Virus record (IMG/VR): IMGVR_UViG_3300031951_000234
Span: 1 to 51,591 of that record
Origin: a virus
Taxonomy: Duplodnaviria; Caudoviricetes
Reading direction: 5' to 3' (one strand)
DNA: 51,591 nt
Below, piece by piece: positions 45,718 through 51,591 of this stretch (positions within the stretch are counted from its first letter, which is position 1; every line of letters starts with the position of its first letter). Position numbers and translations under genes: made by a program. Under the pieces are notes generated by a model, which worked only from the letters and a program-made list of their open reading frames with translations, was not told where the DNA came from and made no database searches.

Positions 45718-45957
45718 TCACGCACTGGCTGCGGCAAATCCTTCGGCCGCCAGCCAAGTCTCCTCGGGGATGTTCGGCCGCATGCTCTGGTTCTCCATCA
45801 CACGCACATGCTCGCCAGCCGCAAACATCGCCTCGCGCACGGTCTGGTAGTTGCCGACGAGCCGGCCGTCGCAGCCGACAGAGATGTAGCCGCTCGTCGG
45901 GATCATCTTGAACTCGACCGTGTGATTCAGAACCTTGCAACTGGTGTACTGGGTCAT
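45718..45957 (-). CDS. Hypothetical early protein
   Basis: GAGGAG RBS; 79 aa. Confidence 0.6.
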   Translation of the reverse strand: MTQYTSCKVLNHTVEFKMIPTSGYISVGCDGRLVGNYQTVREAMFAAGEHVRVMENQSMRPNIPEETWLAAEGFAAASA

Positions 45958-46059
45958 CGTTCTCTCCTCTTTCTCTAGGTTTCCACGATCCAGGGGCCAC
46001 GACGGCCCGCTCCATGCCCCCGTGCCGGTTTCGCCGGCCGGGGGTCGGGGGCGGGTCGG

Positions 46060-46386
46060 CTAGGCGTTGTAGTCTGTTCCGCAGCATGTGCAGACACTAA
46101 CGGCGCCGCCGCGCTGGACGTTGATGCCGGCAGCGTCGATGGCCGGCGACTCACACTCCACGCAGGCCGGGCAGTAGGCCGACCCGTCGAGCCAGTACCA
46201 ATCTCCCGCCGCCATCGCAGCGGCGACGGCATCGGTGGCGTCTTCGATTGTTTTCGTGCTGCTCCTGTCGATTTCAAGGCCGTTCACCGTGGAAGAGTAA
46301 GTCCACGACCGGCTCCCAACCAGCATCCTCGCAGCGTCTTCCACGGTCGCCGCGCTGCTGCGGACGTTGTTCAGTTTCAGTTCCAT
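46060..46386 (-). CDS. Zn-finger hypothetical protein
   Basis: DGSAYCPAC...CTCCG; GAGGAG RBS. Confidence 0.6.
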   Translation of the reverse strand: MELKLNNVRSSAATVEDAARMLVGSRSWTYSSTVNGLEIDRSSTKTIEDATDAVAAAMAAGDWYWLDGSAYCPACVECESPAIDAAGINVQRGGAVSVCTCCGTDYNA

Positions 46387-46477
46387 CGTCCCTCTCCTCG
46401 TTTCGGGTTCCCCCGCTCGGGGGTCTGTAGTTTCGCTCAGTCCACGCCCGCCGGCAACGTGCCGGGCGGGGAAGCCA

Positions 46478-46756
46478 TCAGCCGGCGGGGCAGCAGTCGC
46501 CCCAGTATTCCACGAACGCGACGATCTCGTCGTTCGCCAACCCCTCGGCCACAAGCCGGCGGGCCGACTCCAGCGTGATGCAGTCGTGCGAGACGAGAAG
46601 GCCGCCAAGGGCGGGGTAGTCGTGTTCGCAGTAGGCGATCCAGTCGAGCGCCGGGTCGGCGGCCTCCAGGTCGTCGAGGTAGTCGAAACTCTCGGTCGAG
46701 AGCGGCACCCTGCCCGCCTCGGCGCAGTCCATGTAGAAGGCTTTCACGGCTCCCAT
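46478..46756 (-). CDS. Hypothetical early protein
   Basis: MGAVKAFYMD; follows promoter. Confidence 0.6.
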   Translation of the reverse strand: MGAVKAFYMDCAEAGRVPLSTESFDYLDDLEAADPALDWIAYCEHDYPALGGLLVSHDCITLESARRLVAEGLANDEIVAFVEYWGDCCPAG

Positions 46757-46841
46757 CGTTCACTCTCGTTTCTACGTTCGGGGTTCTCGTTCCTACGGTC
46801 GGGGCCAACGCGCCCCTGCCTTGTGTCTCGGTCAGTACCCA

Positions 46842-46870
46842 ACTCTAAGCATCGGCACAGCGGGTGTCAA
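46842..46870 (-). promoter_or_regulatory. Sigma70-type early promoter
   Basis: TTGACA-17-TAGAGT. Confidence 0.65.
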
Positions 46871-47168
46871 CTCCACAATCTTTCCGCCGCGATCCGACCC
46901 GTCGCACCCTGTACGGACGGGCGACGAGGCCCGGCACCCGCGACCGCCGCCGGCCGGCAACGTGAAGCACCGCATAGCCGCCGGTGCCGTAGGCCAGGAG
47001 CGTGACCCGCCCCCGTGCCGTCTGCTCGACGGCCACCAGGGTGAACACGCCGCGGGCGGCCATGCTGACGCGCTCGCCGTCTGCCAGCCGGTAGTAGGGG
47101 CCGCCGGCCACGCGAAACTTGTCGCCAGGGACGAGGGTCACGCGGGGGCTGAGTTGGTAGCCGGTCAT
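46845..47168 (-). CDS. Hypothetical early protein
   Basis: MTGYQLSPRV; ATG overlapping upstream TGA, GGAGG RBS. Confidence 0.6.
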   Translation of the reverse strand: MTGYQLSPRVTLVPGDKFRVAGGPYYRLADGERVSMAARGVFTLVAVEQTARGRVTLLAYGTGGYAVLHVAGRRRSRVPGLVARPYRVRRVGSRRKDCGVDTRCADA

Positions 47169-47434
47169 GCGGCACCTCCTCCGACGCGAGCGTCGAGCCG
47201 CGGGCCGCCGGTTTCCATGTTCCAGGCGGCCGTGGCCTTGCAGGCCGCCACCGTCGAGGCCGATCCCAGGTGGCCCTCGCTGATCACCTCGCCGGTCGCC
47301 GTGTTCGTGATGACGCCCGACAGGGTGTACCTCGGAAAGAACTCGCTCGGCTGAATCGCGAACCTGTAGGTGCAGCAGCGGGTGCTGCCCTCGCCGGTTG
47401 CGCCCGTCTTCGTTTTCGTCCACTTGATCGTCAT
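47165..47434 (-). CDS. Hypothetical early protein
   Basis: MTIKWTKTK; GGAGG RBS. Confidence 0.6.
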   Translation of the reverse strand: MTIKWTKTKTGATGEGSTRCCTYRFAIQPSEFFPRYTLSGVITNTATGEVISEGHLGSASTVAACKATAAWNMETGGPRLDARVGGGAA

Positions 47435-47515
47435 GTTTCCACCCTCCGGGTTGTCACGCTCGGGGCCGGCGCTCGCCTGCCTCACGCATCCATTGTCCCA
47501 TGCTTGTCAACGTAC

Positions 47516-47543
47516 AAAATACAGGTGCCACTTACTGCGTCAA
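47516..47543 (-). promoter_or_regulatory. Possible sigma70 promoter
   Basis: TTGACG-16-TATTTT in an AT-richer gap. Confidence 0.35.
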
Positions 47544-47603
47544 CACTAGGGCTAGTGGTGGACGAGTGTTCAATCGGCGGCACCTCGCTGGCACGGGGCC
47601 GCC

Positions 47604-47915
47604 TCACCGAATCGTCCACTCCGCGAAGCCGCCGGGCAGCGTCGGCGTTTCGTGCGCCGGCACCATGCCCTTAAGCGCACAGATCGTCGTGATGCCGCCC
47701 TCCCAGTGGACGCGCAGCGTCCGCGAGTAGCCGGCCTCGCCCGTGTACGGGCGACCGTAGTCCCTCGCATAGCCGCAGGACTTCCGGTCTGGCGCGAAGA
47801 CCGCCACGATGCCGGCCGCGATCCGCTCGGCCCGCGTCATCGCCGCCCAGGCGGCGTGGCGGGCGGCACGGTTCTGCCGAATCTTCGACACGGCGTGGGG
47901 GGTGTAGCCGGTCAT
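47604..47915 (-). CDS. Hypothetical early protein
   Basis: MTGYTPH; coupled to upstream gene. Confidence 0.6.
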   Translation of the reverse strand: MTGYTPHAVSKIRQNRAARHAAWAAMTRAERIAAGIVAVFAPDRKSCGYARDYGRPYTGEAGYSRTLRVHWEGGITTICALKGMVPAHETPTLPGGFAEWTIR

Positions 47916-48247
47916 GCGGCACCCCCTTCCGTCGCGATCTTGATCGCCCGCTCAACCTCGTCGGCCGCCTCCAGCAGGAGGTTGATCCCGTCGCCGTCGA
48001 AGTGGCTTCCGCAGGCCGATGCCTGCCGCAGCGTCGGCAGAATGAACTGGAGCGCCTTCAGCATCTCGGGGCTGGCCGCGATCAGTCGGGCATTCGCCTC
48101 GATAACGTCGTGCCGCTCGTCATCGTCGGGGTCGCCGGCATCCGGCACGTTGCAGATGCAGGCATCGCCGGCCGCCAGCACCTCAAAATCAGCATCTCCC
48201 CAGGCATGAATCGTCCAGGGGCCGGGGGTATGGGTTGCAGTTGTCAT
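47912..48247 (-). CDS. Conserved phage protein (HTPGPW...ANARLIAA.PEML family)
   Basis: Characteristic HTPGPW and ANARLIAASPEMLKAL motifs. Confidence 0.75.
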   Translation of the reverse strand: MTTATHTPGPWTIHAWGDADFEVLAAGDACICNVPDAGDPDDDERHDVIEANARLIAASPEMLKALQFILPTLRQASACGSHFDGDGINLLLEAADEVERAIKIATEGGAA

Positions 48248-48321
48248 CTCTCGTTCCTCCACTCGGGGGTGCTTCTCGTTCCGCCGGCCGGGGCAACGTG
48301 CCGCCGGCCGGGCATCGTCAG

Positions 48322-48555
48322 TCACTCTGGCGACCGCCAGTTCTCCTCCTCCATGTCCATCGTGCCGCTGGGCAGCGGCGTCATGTTGCTCAGTTCGCCT
48401 GCCACGGTCGTGTCGTATGCCTTCGCCATGCCCATGAACTCCACCATTGCGAGCCGCCGCACCTCGGCCGGCGTGGTGCCGGCCGGCACCTCCAGGGTCA
48501 CGCTCGACCGCAGGTAAACGTCCACCAGCACCGCGCTCGTCTTCGTCGCACTCAT
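48322..48555 (-). CDS. Hypothetical early protein
   Basis: MSATKTSAV; TLEVPAGT motif similar to next gene. Confidence 0.55.
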   Translation of the reverse strand: MSATKTSAVLVDVYLRSSVTLEVPAGTTPAEVRRLAMVEFMGMAKAYDTTVAGELSNMTPLPSGTMDMEEENWRSPE

Positions 48556-48658
48556 CGTTTCCACGCTCCAGGGGTTCTCGGGTTCACACACTCGGGGGCC
48601 ACGACGGCCACCGGCTCGACGCCACCCCGCGGGCAGGCGGCGCCGTGCCGGGGGCCGG

Positions 48659-48850
48659 CTATTCGTCCTGCTCGACGCCAAACGGCTCGACCATGAAATC
48701 GATGCCCGCCTCGGTGTTGTCGAGCATCTCGCGAAACTTCGCGACGGCCGCGGCCTTGATCACCTCCAGGCCGGCGTCGGTGCTTGCGTCGGTGCCACGC
48801 GGCACCGTCACGCACACTCCCGTCTCCATCCACACATCGAACTTGGGCAT
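48659..48850 (-). CDS. Hypothetical early protein
   Basis: MPKFDVW; GAGGA RBS. Confidence 0.55.
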   Translation of the reverse strand: MPKFDVWMETGVCVTVPRGTDASTDAGLEVIKAAAVAKFREMLDNTEAGIDFMVEPFGVEQDE

Positions 48851-48928
48851 CGTCTCGTTTCCTCGTTCCGGGGGGCATCGATCCGCGGGAGCCGGCAACG
48901 CGCCGGCTCCCGTTGGTACGGGCGGGGG

Positions 48929-49945
48929 TCAGGCGATGCCGAAGAGGCGGCGGAAGGCCGCATCGACGGCCGGCATCTCCTCGGGCAGCGGGTACGGGTA
49001 GAACTTCGGGCCGGGGGCGAATGCCGCGACCGGCACGATGTTCGCGAGGTAGTCGTTGTTTGCCTGCGACCGCACCCATGCTTCAAAGGCCCGCGCCATC
49101 ACCTCCTCGGGCAGCGACCAGTACCGGCCGCTCCGGGTGCGGTCGGCTTCGATGCTGCGGTTCTTCAGCGCGGCCGGCAGGGATCGGAGAGCCTGCCGCA
49201 CCTCGCCAGCGAGGCACTGCGATGCGAAGCCGCCCAGGCCCGCGGCCTCGCCGGCAACGTGATCCCAGGCGTGGAACCATTCGTGCGCGAGGCATCCGGC
49301 CCCGTTCGTCTTCGTGAGGTTGATCACCCGCCGGCCCGGCTCGTAGTGGGCAGCGGCTTTGCCGTGGCCGCGGGCGCCGAATGCGAGCGCGAGCCGGCCG
49401 CCGAAGGTGAGCGCGTCGGCCGCCAACCGCACGACCCCGGCGAGGTCGAGCAGCGCGTCGGTGGCCTGATTCAGGCAGGCGGCCCGGTCGGTCTGCCAGT
49501 TGCCGAATTCGACCCCGTAGGGGCGGAACGTGGCGAGGAACGATTCCGGCGTGGCATCGACGCCGCCGCGGTGATCGACACCGACGCGGGGGCGGTTGGT
49601 CGTGCCGCGGACCTTGTCCTCGGTGACGTTACCGGCCTCGCGGGCGGCCTCCCAGGCGGCCGACAGGATCGCGACGGCATCGGCCTGCCGGCGGAAGGCG
49701 AGCGCCTCGTCGCGGGTCGCGAACTCCGCGAGCCGGCGGTGCGCCCGGTCGCCGTCCTTGCAGGCGAAAATGCATCCGGTCGAGCGGTCCATGTACCATG
49801 AGAACTGGAGCGGCTTCCGTTGCCGCGCACGGGGGGTCGCCGTTTCGCCGGCCGGGGTCTGCCGCGGGCCGCGGGCCGCGGCGCGGTCCTTCGCCGCGCC
49901 GCCGATCTTGCGGCCAAAGTCTCCGATGGTGCCGATGGCTGTCAT
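48929..49945 (-). CDS. Polyvalent-protein-type zincin / LPD1-domain protein
   Basis: DFG.KIGGA.KD, GVEFGNW, LAFGARG.G...AHYEP..INLTK..GAGCLAHEWFHAWD, YWS...E..ARAFE, YP..EE. Confidence 0.8.
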   Translation of the reverse strand: MTAIGTIGDFGRKIGGAAKDRAAARGPRQTPAGETATPRARQRKPLQFSWYMDRSTGCIFACKDGDRAHRRLAEFATRDEALAFRRQADAVAILSAAWEAAREAGNVTEDKVRGTTNRPRVGVDHRGGVDATPESFLATFRPYGVEFGNWQTDRAACLNQATDALLDLAGVVRLAADALTFGGRLALAFGARGHGKAAAHYEPGRRVINLTKTNGAGCLAHEWFHAWDHVAGEAAGLGGFASQCLAGEVRQALRSLPAALKNRSIEADRTRSGRYWSLPEEVMARAFEAWVRSQANNDYLANIVPVAAFAPGPKFYPYPLPEEMPAVDAAFRRLFGIA

Positions 49946-50031
49946 CTCTCGTTTCCTCTCTCTGGGTCAGGGTTTCCACCATCCGGGGCCGCCGGCAACG
50001 TGCCGGCGGCTCGTTTGTCTGGGCTTGTGTC

Positions 50032-50646
50032 CTAGCAGATCGGCTCGGGGCCAAGGCCGACCGCGATGCCGACCGCCTCCGCGATACTCCGCGGCGACGG
50101 CAGCGGAGCGTGACCCATGACCGCGGTGTACGTCTCGCGGTTGCCATGATGGATGCAGGCCGCGGTGAACAGGATGCCGCGGCGCAGGTCGCGGGGGATC
50201 GTGCGCCACTGGGTGCGGGCTGCGATGGAGGCCCGCACGACGCGGGCGATCCGCATCATCCCCTCGGCAACGTGTTCGCGATCCACGACCCGCCGCACGA
50301 ATGCATGGTTGGCCTGCGAGAGTCGCAGCACCCTTCCCGCCCCGCGGCTGGGCAGCAGGCCAGGAACCGCGACCAGCGGCAGCCACGCATCGCCGGGGTG
50401 ACCGTCCCAGGCCGCCGGCACGGGCGACGGCTCGACGGGCCGCGGTGCCGCCGCCGGCCGGGAGGCTGCGACCAGGGGCCGCAGGCGGGCGGCCGTGGCC
50501 TTGATCTCGCGGTTCGTGTCCTGCGTCATGCACAGGAACCGCGACCGCCCGCGACCGTCGAGCCGCCGCAGCACCGTCACCGGCGCCAGCCGGCTGCCGA
50601 CCTTCACGCGGTATTCGCCGCCGATCTGAATCTCATTCTGTCGCAT
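50032..50646 (-). CDS. Hypothetical early protein with SH3-like N-terminus
   Basis: IGGEYRVKVG..LAPVTV..T.REI...AARLR. Confidence 0.6.
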   Translation of the reverse strand: MRQNEIQIGGEYRVKVGSRLAPVTVLRRLDGRGRSRFLCMTQDTNREIKATAARLRPLVAASRPAAAPRPVEPSPVPAAWDGHPGDAWLPLVAVPGLLPSRGAGRVLRLSQANHAFVRRVVDREHVAEGMMRIARVVRASIAARTQWRTIPRDLRRGILFTAACIHHGNRETYTAVMGHAPLPSPRSIAEAVGIAVGLGPEPIC

Positions 50647-50712
50647 CGCATCTCTCCTCGGGTTGTGGCCGGTTTCGCCGGCCGGGGTTGTAGTGGGTTG
50701 TGGGTTATGGGG

Positions 50713-50928
50713 TCAACGGATCACGCAGGAGTCGAGCATCTGCCCGTGCGAGAATGCATCGTCGGCAACGTCCGACCCGTACCGGGCGACGAGGTCGCGG
50801 GCCGCATCCATCGCGCGCCGCACGTTGCAGGCAACGGAGGCCCGGTAGAACCGCAGGCAGAGCAGATCGTAATCGTCTGCCGGCCGGGGCCGCAGCCCCA
50901 TCGAATCGGGATAGTGAATGAGTTCCAT
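50713..50928 (-). CDS. Hypothetical early protein
   Basis: MELIHYP; first gene after promoter. Confidence 0.55.
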   Translation of the reverse strand: MELIHYPDSMGLRPRPADDYDLLCLRFYRASVACNVRRAMDAARDLVARYGSDVADDAFSHGQMLDSCVIR

Positions 50929-50989
50929 CGTCGCGTTTCCTCTCTCGGGGTTGCCATGATCCGGGGCGACCGTCGCCCGCGGTAGGTGA

Positions 50990-51017
50990 ATCATAGCGGT
51001 GTCATCGGCAGTGTCAA
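50990..51017 (-). promoter_or_regulatory. Sigma70-type early promoter
   Basis: TTGACA-16-TATGAT. Confidence 0.6.
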
Positions 51018-51054
51018 GCCTAGGGAAACAGGGGAAAACTGAACCTTACGAAGA

Positions 51055-51324
51055 TTACAGGTTGCCACGGTCGGGGGTTCCGCCGGTTTCCGCGGACGGG
51101 GGGTCGGGAAATCGCTGGCGGTTCCGCTCGGTCACGCGAACGTGCCGCACATCGACGCTTTCCAGATGCAGCACTACCTCGGTGCCAGGGAGCCAAAATC
51201 GCACAACTCCGCGGCCCGTTTCAGAATCGATTTCATAGTGGGTTTTCACGCCCCACATCATCTCCAGGAATTCCATCGCGCCAGTGAATGCGGCGGCATC
51301 GTCTGCCGTGAATTTTCGTTTCAT
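51055..51324 (-). CDS. Hypothetical early protein
   Basis: GAGGAG RBS; 89 aa. Confidence 0.55.
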   Translation of the reverse strand: MKRKFTADDAAAFTGAMEFLEMMWGVKTHYEIDSETGRGVVRFWLPGTEVVLHLESVDVRHVRVTERNRQRFPDPPSAETGGTPDRGNL

Positions 51325-51342
51325 CGCTCGGGTTCTCCTCGG

Positions 51343-51412
51343 GTTTCTACGCTCGGGGTTTCTACGTTCGGGGGTTGCCCGTTTCTACGCTCGGGATGCA
51401 CTGGTTTCTACG
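51343..51412 (-). repeat. Four copies of CGTAGAAAC in one gene leader
   Basis: Plus-strand GTTTCTACG at 51343, 51358, 51381, 51404. Confidence 0.85.
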
Positions 51413-51591
51413 GGCGGGCCGCACCTGCCCAGGTGACGAGCGACGGCGGGCCGGCTCCCTCGGTGCGACGGCGGGCCGCACCTGCCCAGGTGACGAGCGA
51501 CGGCGGGCCGGCTCCCTCGGTGCGACGGCGGGCCGCACCTGCCCAGGTGACGAGCGACGGCGGGCCGGCTCCCTCGGTGCGACGGCGGGCC
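51413..51591. repeat. 57-bp perfect tandem repeat (3 full copies plus a partial, running off the window)
   Basis: Unit GGCGGGCCGCACCTGCCCAGGTGACGAGCGACGGCGGGCCGGCTCCCTCGGTGCGAC. Confidence 0.95.

Noticed and set aside
46954-46964. Extra copy of the RCGUU hairpin motif
   Set aside because: Inside a coding region and lacks the second stem arm
51413-51591. CRISPR array
   Set aside because: Units are identical with no unique spacers; no cas genes

Overview
GC-rich fragment of a long-tailed (siphovirus-like) dsDNA phage. The host is probably a Planctomycete; this is inferred from protein motifs, not shown. Left to right: (1) 1-20225 (+): tail of a glycosyltransferase-like gene, head-tail joining genes, two paralogous short tail-tube-like genes, a G/GT tail chaperone with a GGGAAAC -1 slippery site, a 1424-aa tape measure, tail-tip genes, an inserted nucleotide module (HExxH protein, metallophosphoesterase, dCMP deaminase, dNMP kinase), a holin-like gene and a Gly-rich tail fibre. 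(2) 20228-21986: a tyrosine recombinase divergent from a tandem-HTH regulator. (3) 22037-33745 (+): SNF2 helicase, SSB-like protein, PriCT-nuclease fusion, Prim-Pol primase, candidate origin, UvrD-like helicase, a phage csrA (missed by the ORF track), a ParB-like gene, a tRNA-like RNA and VRR-NUC. (4) 33742-40387 (+): a sugar-modification cluster (DegT aminotransferase, ATP-grasp, HAD, methyltransferase, two glycosyltransferases). It is interrupted by an array of three textbook integron attC sites (36455-37270) lying on the MINUS strand while their cassette genes read on the PLUS strand; two of those genes start from an RBS+ATG inside the attC loop, and the array ends at an attI-like site near 37649. 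(5) 40384-43964 (+): membrane/lipoprotein genes, a papain-like peptidase and an HNH nuclease. (6) 43948-51591 (-): about 19 small early-type genes including an LPD1/zincin protein, whose leaders are built from recurring sense-strand motifs, and a 57-bp tandem repeat at the window end. Terminase, portal, capsid, DNA polymerase and a classical endolysin are not visible. The best candidate for a new system is the phage-borne, inverted, attC-primed gene-cassette array without its own IntI.
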